From contig JAEOUO010000003.1 in assembly GCA_016839265.1 (NCBI GenBank), positions 73,493 to 105,492 of the forward strand: a stretch of 32,000 nt of DNA, written 5' to 3'. Position 1 is the stretch's first letter. Each line of letters starts with the position of its first letter. The notes under the pieces are model-generated. The model worked only from the letters and a program-made list of their open reading frames with translations, made no database searches and was not told the DNA's origin. The translations under genes and the position numbers were made by a program. Of this stretch, positions 8,307-17,269 are shown piece by piece. The DNA comes from Candidatus Odinarchaeota archaeon. GTDB taxonomy: Archaea > Asgardarchaeota > Odinarchaeia > Odinarchaeales > Odinarchaeaceae.

Positions 8307-9872
8307 TTACTTGTAGTTAAATATTAAGAGAAGTATTTTCTCTAAGAGAGGGGTGTTAAGAGAGGTTTGACTTTCAAATCTTCCTTTATAAGCTTCCTGC
8401 TCTAATCCTAGATCGTAGCATGTGGTCTGCTCGATGTTGATGAGTAAACCTGGTGTTTTAAATTTCTCAAAGTCAGGTTGATGTTTTTCATAGAAGGGCG
8501 CGCAGCAGCAGCCAATGTATCCTTTAGACCCGGCTTCATCCAGCTCCCCTAGTTTTTCCTCTAAATGCTCGTAGTTTACTATCGTGAGAGGTTTAAGATT
8601 ATATTTTAAAGCGAGCTTGTAACCGTCTCCTACAGTGCATAAACCACATAAAGTGCATCCTTCTTTATGCCTATAATCGCAGCCGACCAGCTTAGAGCAA
8701 TAGGGTAAAAGAAGAGTGTCTACACCGTTAACTATAAAATAATCAAGTTTCTTGTTTACTAGAAAAAGATTGTTGATCTCGTTCAGAGTTAAACCGTAAG
8801 TAGTATATTTTATTCGATCTATAGCTTCTTTAAATAATAGTTTGAAATCGCCGAGTTTAACACCAGGAATCTGAAAGTCTCGTCGACTCAGCTTTAATAA
8901 TACTTTATTAACTTCCCTCATATCAAGCGGTAGATGTTTTAAACTAGATTCTAAATCGTATATGATCCCTGGCGGGTAAGCGAAGAAGTCACCTGTAATG
9001 AAAGCGGATGTGATCAAGTTTAATTCAACATCTACAGATAAAGCTAGCTTAACAAGTCCGCCGGGGGTTTTTCTAAGCGTGAAGAGAGCGTTACCCTGGT
9101 TTCCAGACGCTCTTATCCCGTAAACCCAGTCCTTCGATTTAAAGTATGGCAGCTTGTTTAAAAACTCTGTTCGCTCAAAGTCTGTAAGATCACCTTCCAC
9201 GAATTGTATTCGAAACTCCTCGCTGAAGCCCTCTAAAATAGCTTTTTTAATCTCAGTGTACGAGGGAATATAACCCAACTCCCATTTTATCGTTGTAACC
9301 CTTTCTTTAAGACTGGCCACCTCTTTATCAGATAGTTTTTTAACGGGGACTTTTAAAGCGCGAAGCATTCTATTAATATCTAAATCAACTAGAAGCGTGC
9401 CTTGAAACATGAAAGCACCGCCGTTACTAGTGCCACCTGTCCCGCTTATCTTCCGGTGCCCTATCTCTATATCATTTTTAGGTCGGAATCGTGCTTTCAA
9501 ACCAAGTTTACGTAAACCTTTAACCGCAGCGTTGCAAAGCCGCTTGTAAAGTAAGTCAACTTTATACGGGAATCTATCACCGTCTAAAGTGGCGAAAACC
9601 TCCCAGCCGAGATGCTCCGGACTAAAGTAGATAGCTCCGCCTCCCGTAATCCGCCTATTAATATCGATATTATTCTCCACACAATATGAGATTCGAATCT
9701 CCTGTTCAACAGATTGATGATATCCGACGAGGGCTACAGGTGGATTAAACCTGAGAAAACGGAAAGTATTAGGTACCAAGCCTTCAGCTCGAGCGTCTAA
9801 GATAACCCGGTCAAGAGTAATATTCTCCGCTCCAGTTAGAAGCCCCGTGTCTACAACTCTCCAAGTCTCCAT
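8307..9872 (-). CDS. Lipoate-protein ligase (LplA catalytic plus LplB-like domain) fused to a C-terminal Cys-rich DUF116-like domain
   Basis: RRITGGGAIY, KNDI..GHRKISGTG, FQGTLL, ITGDFF; C-terminal LPYC..GC..GCTLCGLC..GCCC. Confidence 0.85.
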   Translation of the reverse strand: METWRVVDTGLLTGAENITLDRVILDARAEGLVPNTFRFLRFNPPVALVGYHQSVEQEIRISYCVENNIDINRRITGGGAIYFSPEHLGWEVFATLDGDRFPYKVDLLYKRLCNAAVKGLRKLGLKARFRPKNDIEIGHRKISGTGGTSNGGAFMFQGTLLVDLDINRMLRALKVPVKKLSDKEVASLKERVTTIKWELGYIPSYTEIKKAILEGFSEEFRIQFVEGDLTDFERTEFLNKLPYFKSKDWVYGIRASGNQGNALFTLRKTPGGLVKLALSVDVELNLITSAFITGDFFAYPPGIIYDLESSLKHLPLDMREVNKVLLKLSRRDFQIPGVKLGDFKLLFKEAIDRIKYTTYGLTLNEINNLFLVNKKLDYFIVNGVDTLLLPYCSKLVGCDYRHKEGCTLCGLCTVGDGYKLALKYNLKPLTIVNYEHLEEKLGELDEAGSKGYIGCCCAPFYEKHQPDFEKFKTPGLLINIEQTTCYDLGLEQEAYKGRFESQTSLNTPLLEKILLLIFNYK

Positions 9873-9951
9873 TTTAAGGTCATAGAAAAATTAAATAAAC
9901 AGTATATAAAACTATTTTAAATATTCGATGAAAGTTTATTCTTCTTAGTGG

Positions 9952-10941
9952 TTGAAGATGAGTTTTCAAAAAGAAGCGCAGAGCGTATTCAACAGTCCAC
10001 CAGCCGAGTTCGCCGACTACTTACAGCAAGCTTGGAATCTTACAAGAAAACTGCACGGATGGGAGGTAAACTTTTACGCTCCTAGCATACTCAAATACGA
10101 CGCTGAGGGTTTCAGAGAGCCTGTTAAAAATATTTTTCAATCCATTTCAGTCACCGGTTGGAAGTGCATGTTAATGTGCGAGCATTGTAAGGGGCGACTC
10201 CTGCGACCCATGCACAGTGCAACCAGCCCTGAGCGGCTTTTAAAACTAGGAGAAGAACTTTATAATAAAGGCTGTCGAGGTCTTTTAATCAGCGGTGGCT
10301 CAGATTTAAACGGTGCTGTACCTTTAGCCAAGTTCACGAATAGCATAAGAGTTTTAAGAGATAAATTTGGAATGAAGATAGCTGTTCACACCGGTTTAGT
10401 AGATTATCAAACAGCTAAAGCGCTTAAAGAAGCAGGCGTAGAATCAGCGATGATCGATATAATAGGCGATGAAGAGACGATCAGAGAAATATATCACTTA
10501 AATAAGCAGCCTGAGGATTTTGAAAAAGCTTTAAGTGATCTAATTCAAGCCGGCTTGGAGGTGAGCCCTCACATCGTAGTAGGATTATATAAAGGCCGGG
10601 TTAAAGGCGAGTTTAAAGCTTTAGAGATAATCAGTAAGAGTAAAGCCTCGAACATCGTCATCGTAGCTTTAAAACCACTAGACACCGGTGAACTCGGTGA
10701 AAGAGTTCCTACACCCTTAGAGATAGGGCGTTTTATCACACTCACGAGATTAAAAAATCCTAGTAAAAAGATTCTTTTAGGGTGCGCTAGACCAGGCGGA
10801 GACCACAAAGTTAAAACAGATCTACTCGCGATCCGAGCGGGGGTTAACGGAGTTGCTTTTCCAACACAGGAGGCTATTAAATACGCGGAGAGAATCGGGT
10901 TAAACGCGAAGTTCAGCGCTTACTGTTGCTCGTTTATTTAA
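9952..10941 (+). CDS. Biotin-synthase-like radical SAM protein, probable LipS1-type lipoyl synthase subunit
   Basis: ISVTGWKCMLMCEHC, LISGGS, SPHIVVGL, GCARP and C-terminal YCCSF; divergent from the lipoate ligase. Confidence 0.75.
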   Translation: MKMSFQKEAQSVFNSPPAEFADYLQQAWNLTRKLHGWEVNFYAPSILKYDAEGFREPVKNIFQSISVTGWKCMLMCEHCKGRLLRPMHSATSPERLLKLGEELYNKGCRGLLISGGSDLNGAVPLAKFTNSIRVLRDKFGMKIAVHTGLVDYQTAKALKEAGVESAMIDIIGDEETIREIYHLNKQPEDFEKALSDLIQAGLEVSPHIVVGLYKGRVKGEFKALEIISKSKASNIVIVALKPLDTGELGERVPTPLEIGRFITLTRLKNPSKKILLGCARPGGDHKVKTDLLAIRAGVNGVAFPTQEAIKYAERIGLNAKFSAYCCSFI

Positions 10942-11024
10942 ATATTTATTTCATAAATATTTATTAAATAGAATCTACTAATATATAATTAAAAATTAAT
11001 TTAAAATAAAAGGAGAGATAAAGT

Positions 11025-11351
11025 ATGAGTTATGTGAAAGTGGCTGAAAAATCCGAAATACCAGTCGGAGAGATGAAAGCCGTTAAACTAGGAGATAAAG
11101 ATATCCTAATAGCTAACGTTAACGGAAAATACTATGCGATCGGGGGTAAATGCACTCATAGAGGCGGGGATCTAGCTAAAGGAAAACTGGAAGGAACCAC
11201 GGTTATCTGCCCAAGACATAAAGCTCAGTTCGATGTAACTACAGGGAAATCTGTTGCAAAACCTAAAGTACCTTTAAGCCAGCCTTTAAAAGATGAACCC
11301 GTATACAAAATTAAAGTCGAAGGAGAAGATATTCTAATCCTACAAGAATAA
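11025..11351 (+). CDS. Rieske [2Fe-2S] ferredoxin
   Basis: CTH...CPRH ligand set with FDVTTG. Confidence 0.9.
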   Translation: MSYVKVAEKSEIPVGEMKAVKLGDKDILIANVNGKYYAIGGKCTHRGGDLAKGKLEGTTVICPRHKAQFDVTTGKSVAKPKVPLSQPLKDEPVYKIKVEGEDILILQE

Positions 11352-11366
11352 AAAATATAAGGTAGG

Positions 11367-11978
11367 CTAGCTTAACATTCGATCCCGCCAGCGCTCTATT
11401 TGAGCGGTTAACTCCTCCACATCTCTTTTAGTAAGCTTCGAATCCTTATATTTTCTCAACGTGTTTATAACTCGCGCGATTTCATGGTATACTGGATGGA
11501 AAGAATGATACTCCATTAATTTATCCCTAGATGTTTCGAATTCTCTTGCAAGTTCTTCACCTGAAAGATCAGCTTCTAAAGTTGAAGCCATATACCGGAA
11601 TATATCATCCACTGGACCTTTAGAAGGAGTAGCCTGAGAGACTTTAACGGCTACGCTTACAGGTTCTTCAACCGGTTTAACCACAGCTTCAGAAACCTTA
11701 CTTTCCTGCACTACTGCAGTTTCAGGTTTAACTGAAACAACAGGTTTAGCAGCAAGACTTCTAACAGACTCTTCTATAGCTAGTACCCGATCATATAATT
11801 CTTTGACATCTATTTTCTGCTCTTTCAACTGGTTAAGAGACACGCGAATCTGCTCGAATTTACCGGCTACGATTTCGATAAGCTCCTTGAAAAGAGTTTT
11901 AAGCGAGTTATTTAAGTTGACAAGCTCCTCTATTTTCTTAATAAGCATGCGTTGAACATCCTCAGACATGAAAACCAC
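11367..11978 (-). CDS. Hypothetical protein: N-terminal coiled coil, Pro/Val/Glu-rich linker, C-terminal helical bundle
   Basis: 203-aa ORF with GGTGG RBS and host-like coding pattern; no family recognised. Confidence 0.7.
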   Translation of the reverse strand: MVFMSEDVQRMLIKKIEELVNLNNSLKTLFKELIEIVAGKFEQIRVSLNQLKEQKIDVKELYDRVLAIEESVRSLAAKPVVSVKPETAVVQESKVSEAVVKPVEEPVSVAVKVSQATPSKGPVDDIFRYMASTLEADLSGEELAREFETSRDKLMEYHSFHPVYHEIARVINTLRKYKDSKLTKRDVEELTAQIERWRDRMLS

Positions 11979-12117
11979 CTTAACTTATTAAAAATATATA
12001 TTAAACGGTATTAAAACCTAGCTTACTGCTAATAGAAAACTTAACAAAACACTTTTATTAAAGGATTGTTTTAAAAAATTTAAAAGAGAAGTTAACAATA
12101 TTTTAAGAGGGTTAAAC

Positions 12118-12816
12118 TTGGGTAATGAAATAGGGGAGATTAAAGCCGGAATCGTTTTAACAGCGATACTAGAATTCTTCGAAGAAATCTTCGTCAGTCG
12201 AAAAGTTACGAAAGACGGCGCGGTAATATACCAAGTTGAAGGCCCTTTAGGATCACTGTGCAGTTTCAAAGTGGAAGAAGATAAAGTTATCTTCACACAG
12301 GATTCAAAATTCGGTGGAAGAGAGAATGAAATCAAAGAATTAATCGCGAAGAGAGCCGGCTTAATCGAATACGCTCCACCCCCTCTTATAGAAAAAACCT
12401 TTAAAGAAGAACCGGCTATACCCGTTGAATCCGTGATTAGAAAAAGGGAAATTGAACTTGAACTTGTTTTAACCGAGACTAAGCCGATAATACCTTCAAC
12501 ACCAGGAATAGCTGAAGGCTTAGACACCGCTCCAGGAGGTGTATTAGATTACGAAGGAACACCCTTTCAAATACTCACAGAGCAGCAGCCTATTCCCTCC
12601 ACATCCTACACAGTCTCACTTGGAAAATATAAAAACGAGTGGGCGGTAGCTGTAACAAGGGGTAAAAAAGTTATAGGGGTTGAGAGATTGTCAACACTAG
12701 ACACTAATGTAATAATAGGAGCAATCCAAAAAATAATAGTTATACCATTATTCTCCCCATACGCTGTTTCAAGAGCTGTCGGTAGACTTTTAGAAGAAGT
12801 TAAATCGAAAAAGTAG
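12118..12816 (+). CDS. Hypothetical two-domain soluble protein
   Basis: TTG start after AGAGGG; Pro-rich central linker; no family recognised. Confidence 0.65.
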   Translation: MGNEIGEIKAGIVLTAILEFFEEIFVSRKVTKDGAVIYQVEGPLGSLCSFKVEEDKVIFTQDSKFGGRENEIKELIAKRAGLIEYAPPPLIEKTFKEEPAIPVESVIRKREIELELVLTETKPIIPSTPGIAEGLDTAPGGVLDYEGTPFQILTEQQPIPSTSYTVSLGKYKNEWAVAVTRGKKVIGVERLSTLDTNVIIGAIQKIIVIPLFSPYAVSRAVGRLLEEVKSKK

Positions 12817-12834
12817 AAAAGAAAAAAGAAAAAA

Positions 12835-13224
12835 TTATTTTTTAAGACCCTGGTAGACGCCTATAATTGTGACTCCTAAGCCTATCAGTGTTAAGATCAA
12901 CGTCATTATTTGAATTGTTCCCAGTAGAATGTGTGGGAGGAAAGATATAAGGCATGCTAAACCAATGAAGAATATTAGCAGACCCCCTCGAAGAGTTGAA
13001 TTAGGGTTAGGGAGTTTTTCAGAGATTAAACCGAATATAATGTTCGCGAACCCTGCGAAAATCATTACAAACCCGAAGACATTCCAGAACCCTAATCCTC
13101 CGAAAAACAGTGAAACAATCACTGTCACTATTACACCTATGATAATCAGCATTATTGACCCGTAGAACTCCGCTAACATAGATACTCGCTTATTTTTAGA
13201 TGCGTTCGCCGTCATTTCAATCAC
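12835..13224 (-). CDS. Small 4-TM membrane protein (likely start ATG 13215)
   Basis: Four hydrophobic segments; GGGTGA RBS next to the upstream stop codon. Confidence 0.7.
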   Translation of the reverse strand: MIEMTANASKNKRVSMLAEFYGSIMLIIIGVIVTVIVSLFFGGLGFWNVFGFVMIFAGFANIIFGLISEKLPNPNSTLRGGLLIFFIGLACLISFLPHILLGTIQIMTLILTLIGLGVTIIGVYQGLKK

Positions 13225-13225
13225 C

Positions 13226-15337
13226 CTATGTTAAAGCTCCTGCAGGCTGGTAGACGGCAGCCTGCCATTCAGCCACCGCGTAAGCCCATGCACCCACTTC
13301 CATAGCAATCGCGTGATCCAAGTAGGATGTAACATCTCTTATCCTATCCCCGATCGTTATCATATTTAGTAGGAATTGATCTATCTTAAACTGGCATATG
13401 TCAAGTGTATGGTAGAACATATAGTACATCTTGTATAAGGGTCCAGCCGGCCATACAGCGGTTATATTAGCGTAGAAGTCCACTAGCAGCGTAGTTATAT
13501 TCGATCCCGCGTATATGGAAGGGTCGAATCCCCATCGGATGAGTGTAGCATTATCCGGTGTAAGACTTGGCGTTGTCCTGTTCAACGATAAGATTTCATT
13601 ATACACCCGGTAGTACTCTCTTGTATAGTTGAAGGCTGAAGGATACAGTAACTCCACAGTCTCATTCTCTATGAAGATGAATAACCCGAGTAGATCTGTG
13701 AAGTCAGCGGCATCACCTATATAAGGCGCGAAAACGTTTCCAGTCCAGTCACTGTCATCTATAAAATGGTTATCAACTGGGAAAGACTCCGAGTAGTTGA
13801 AGAAGCTGTCTATTAACGCCAGTGCATAGTCGATTACCGCCTGAGTTTTAGCTGAAACACTGCTTCTTAACAGGTTTAACTTATAATATTCGTACTGGAA
13901 TTTAACAGCGTCACGTTTTAACGTGGTTAAATGCTCTGTTAACTTCAAACCATAGTACATGACTACTTCATCAAACCACATGCCAGCCGGGTTATAGTGG
14001 TCACCGCCTCGAAGATTCACCATAGCAGTAGCTGTCCTCGTAAAAGACTCTAAGTAAGGCATCACAGCGTCGATAGTGGATAGAATACTGTTAACTCTAC
14101 TGTAAGTTATTTCAACAGGATTATACATGGTTGAAGCTGGATCAAGGAAAGAAGTGTCTACACGTTTCTGAGCTACCCAGAAAACTGCTTGAGCGTGCAG
14201 TCTAGCGCCTGGACCAGGCCACTCAGGATGAGGACCGAAGGCTACGATTCTACCGTTACCACGCTGAGCTGCTATTATCGCAGGCTCACCCCAGATACTG
14301 TTAGCTATACCAGCCGCAGCCAGGTTTTGAGATATTGGAGCACTATAGTTCCCTAGCACAGTTATATTCTCACCCATATCTGTGTATGCTGGGCCGCCGT
14401 AATAGTATAATGGGACAAGAGGCCCGTATCCTGGTCTAACAGCGTTCTCACCATAGCCGAACATAACAGGGTGCTCAGGCGCTTCAACACTAATCAAAAT
14501 CGGACCTATCAACGCCTTCCACTCGTTAGCACCGTAGCCTGCCGGTGCAAGCGTGTCATCGAACCATTCCCTATGATAGTCAGCGTCAACAAGATCAAGA
14601 GTTGTATACGTTGTTTTCGTAGAGTTTAAAGCTTCAGAGGAGCCGGCGCATACACTAACATAGCCTCCACCATGGTAAACCCACTCCGTGATATTCTGTA
14701 TAGCCCAGGTTGCTTCATCACCCCACCCGAAAGACCACAAGTGCAATGCCCCACCAGGCATTATAAACACGTTAGCATCGTATAACGGGTGAGCGGTGTC
14801 ATTCCACCAGACTCCCACCATTGAATCAGCTGTAGCTAGTTTAACCTTGAAGCCGAGGCTTAGGAATCGCTCATAATGGTTAATAGCGTTATCATATGTG
14901 GATTTATCATAGAATAACACTACTCGCGGCGTAACCAGTGTAGTTGAGTTTACAGTTATTTTCTCAGTGGTTGTATCCACTCGGAGAACCCTGTTAGTTT
15001 TAGCAACCCACATAAACCATTCCATGAACACGTCACTGGATATATTATTACGGGTTGTGAAAGGTGTTTCAATATAGAATGTTCCAGCCGGGTAAGCCAC
15101 CCCGCCTACGGTGAACGGCTCCATAGCCCAGTGAACGGTTACATTCTCTTCGAGAAGCGTGTTAACAAGTCTTATCGCAGCGATATCATCGTTTCTAAGA
15201 TAGTCTTCTAAAGGTATAATGTATGTTAAGTCACCTTGCCCTCTAGCGTAAGGTGTTATCAAAGATACGGTCGGCGCTGTTAAAGCGAAAACCAGGGTTA
15301 AAGCTAAAATTATTTTCTGGTTTTTAGACAGTTTCAT
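13226..15337 (-). CDS. Secreted protein with a class I glutamine-amidotransferase-like (BPL_N-type) domain
   Basis: Signal peptide MKLSKNQKIILALTLVFALT...ARG; FIMPGG, GGGYVSVCAGS (Cys at 14648-14650), AFGPHPE (His at 14228-14230); about 15 N-x-S/T sequons. Confidence 0.75.
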   Translation of the reverse strand: MKLSKNQKIILALTLVFALTAPTVSLITPYARGQGDLTYIIPLEDYLRNDDIAAIRLVNTLLEENVTVHWAMEPFTVGGVAYPAGTFYIETPFTTRNNISSDVFMEWFMWVAKTNRVLRVDTTTEKITVNSTTLVTPRVVLFYDKSTYDNAINHYERFLSLGFKVKLATADSMVGVWWNDTAHPLYDANVFIMPGGALHLWSFGWGDEATWAIQNITEWVYHGGGYVSVCAGSSEALNSTKTTYTTLDLVDADYHREWFDDTLAPAGYGANEWKALIGPILISVEAPEHPVMFGYGENAVRPGYGPLVPLYYYGGPAYTDMGENITVLGNYSAPISQNLAAAGIANSIWGEPAIIAAQRGNGRIVAFGPHPEWPGPGARLHAQAVFWVAQKRVDTSFLDPASTMYNPVEITYSRVNSILSTIDAVMPYLESFTRTATAMVNLRGGDHYNPAGMWFDEVVMYYGLKLTEHLTTLKRDAVKFQYEYYKLNLLRSSVSAKTQAVIDYALALIDSFFNYSESFPVDNHFIDDSDWTGNVFAPYIGDAADFTDLLGLFIFIENETVELLYPSAFNYTREYYRVYNEILSLNRTTPSLTPDNATLIRWGFDPSIYAGSNITTLLVDFYANITAVWPAGPLYKMYYMFYHTLDICQFKIDQFLLNMITIGDRIRDVTSYLDHAIAMEVGAWAYAVAEWQAAVYQPAGALT

Positions 15338-17004
15338 CTTGATTCAACCTCCTTTCGTTTAAAAAGCCGGTCTCTGAAAATCAGTATACCTGTTGAAACC
15401 GCAAATATTACAGTAGCCAGTATCGTCAACGCTATTGCCAGGATATCGCCTCCAGCATATGGTGGAATAATATGCCACCAGGTTAAACCTGAACTGTAAA
15501 ATGTAAGCCAGATACTGAATGCAGAGCACACTATGATCAGCAACCCTACTGAAACCGCTATCCCCACCAGACTCCATATAGGTCTCTTCCAACCACGGTC
15601 TACAGGCTCGGATCCACTTTCCCCACCTGCAGCTTTAAAAACAGCAGGGCGGAAAGCATGGTTAACACAGACGAGAAGAGCTCCGATGATAATCCAGATG
15701 AAGAGAATCCATTTCAAGTGTAGAGGAACACCGAATATTATAAACCATGTGCACAGGAAGATACCAGCCCAAGGTATAACACCGTGAACTATAATGTTTT
15801 TCGCAGTAAACCCGTCTTTCCGGTAATGCCAGAAAGCTAGCAGATTAGTTATTATGAAAGCTGGTAAAGCTCCTGTAGCTATAGTGTAGGCTATAACCTC
15901 CCACGGCGTGAAGTTGGCTAAAATCATAGTGATCACGGAGATTAAACCTATCGCGATAACAGGGGTTTGCAGTTTTCTATCAACCCTACCTAAGGCTTTA
16001 GGAGCTATTCTATCAGCTCCAAGTTTCTGAAGCACTCTACTCGACGCGGTGACAGCGGCTAAAGCTGCTATTAAACCTGCGATTATCCCAGCGAAGTTTA
16101 AAATATTCCCTATTCCAGAACCCCATATAGCGTTACCCATAGCAGGCACAGGGTTCACATAGTATAGTAGGGAGAATAAGCCTATGGAGGGTATAGCTAG
16201 TACAAAAGCCCAGGCGAGTAAAAGATACAAGCCTGTAGCCGCTACAGCTGAGATTACAATAGCCCAAGGCACAGTTTTAGTTGGCTTTTCAGATTCCTCA
16301 GTAACAGAGGCCGGTGCCTCATATCCTAGGAAAGAGTAAACCGCCACTGTAGCACCAACCATAATACCCGCGATTCCGAATAGTGAACCAGCCGGAGTGA
16401 GTGATAAAGAAGCCTGTGTAGCGAAATTCCCAGTATTAATAGACCAGATCACAGCGCTCACCGCGAAAGCGATAAGTATAGCCAGCTGAGCCACGAATAA
16501 AATAGCCATAGAGCGGACGGATAGGTTCGTCCCACCCCAAGCCAGTAAAGAAACCACCGCTACGAAAACGATCATAGTAACCCATGGGGGAACCCCAAGC
16601 CAGCTTTGCAGAAAGAATCCTGCCGGAATCAACGCTGCAGCTGGAACTACAAGAATCTCTAAAAGATAAATCCAAACTGAGAACTGCCCGAATTTAGATC
16701 CTACAGCCCCGCTTGCAAGCGCCCACACACTACCCGACTTCGGAAAAACCCTGACCAGTTCAGCGAAGCTTATCGATGTTATAATAATAGTTACACCTGC
16801 GATAAGATAAGATAAAGGTATACCCATCCAAGTGTAGCCTGCAGTCATCACAAGGTTGAAAGTTGCTAGAAGCGATAAGCCTGGAGCCATGAAAGCTAAA
16901 CCTAGTACAACAAGCTTCCAAGTGTTAAAAGACTTACCCATAGCCTGTTCGACCGAGCCACTCTCCTTATTCCCTTCACTTGAAGGTTTAACAGTTTTCT
17001 TCAT
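15334..17004 (-). CDS. APC-family amino acid/polyamine permease
   Basis: GLAFMAPG (TM1), FPKSGSVW, YSFLGYE (TM6), SRVLQKLGAD; ATGA overlap with the downstream gene. Confidence 0.9.
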   Translation of the reverse strand: MKKTVKPSSEGNKESGSVEQAMGKSFNTWKLVVLGLAFMAPGLSLLATFNLVMTAGYTWMGIPLSYLIAGVTIIITSISFAELVRVFPKSGSVWALASGAVGSKFGQFSVWIYLLEILVVPAAALIPAGFFLQSWLGVPPWVTMIVFVAVVSLLAWGGTNLSVRSMAILFVAQLAILIAFAVSAVIWSINTGNFATQASLSLTPAGSLFGIAGIMVGATVAVYSFLGYEAPASVTEESEKPTKTVPWAIVISAVAATGLYLLLAWAFVLAIPSIGLFSLLYYVNPVPAMGNAIWGSGIGNILNFAGIIAGLIAALAAVTASSRVLQKLGADRIAPKALGRVDRKLQTPVIAIGLISVITMILANFTPWEVIAYTIATGALPAFIITNLLAFWHYRKDGFTAKNIIVHGVIPWAGIFLCTWFIIFGVPLHLKWILFIWIIIGALLVCVNHAFRPAVFKAAGGESGSEPVDRGWKRPIWSLVGIAVSVGLLIIVCSAFSIWLTFYSSGLTWWHIIPPYAGGDILAIALTILATVIFAVSTGILIFRDRLFKRKEVESR

Positions 17005-17269
17005 ATTTACAACCTCGAAGCCGGAACTAACATCCAGCTAAAGAATGCTATCCAGCCTAGATATTTAAAAAACCAGTAGTATAATATCCTACACTAAGTA
17101 TATATGTTTATAGTATACTACGAGTTAAAACATTAAATAATAGAAGCGTGTTTTAAAAACTTAGCATATCAATTAAATAATCTACTACTAAAGAGTACAA
17201 CATGTTTTTAACATTTTACAATAACAGATATGTTAAAGAAAAGTTAAAAAAACCACTGGGGGAGTTTAA

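Noticed and set aside
10569-13165. ORFs 10569..10808, 12018..12527 and 12929..13165
   Set aside because: Antisense to better-supported genes, with shadow-like composition
15359-17041. ORFs 15359..15592, 15533..15787, 16436..16675 and 16856..17041
   Set aside because: Alternative-frame or antisense ORFs within the APC permease
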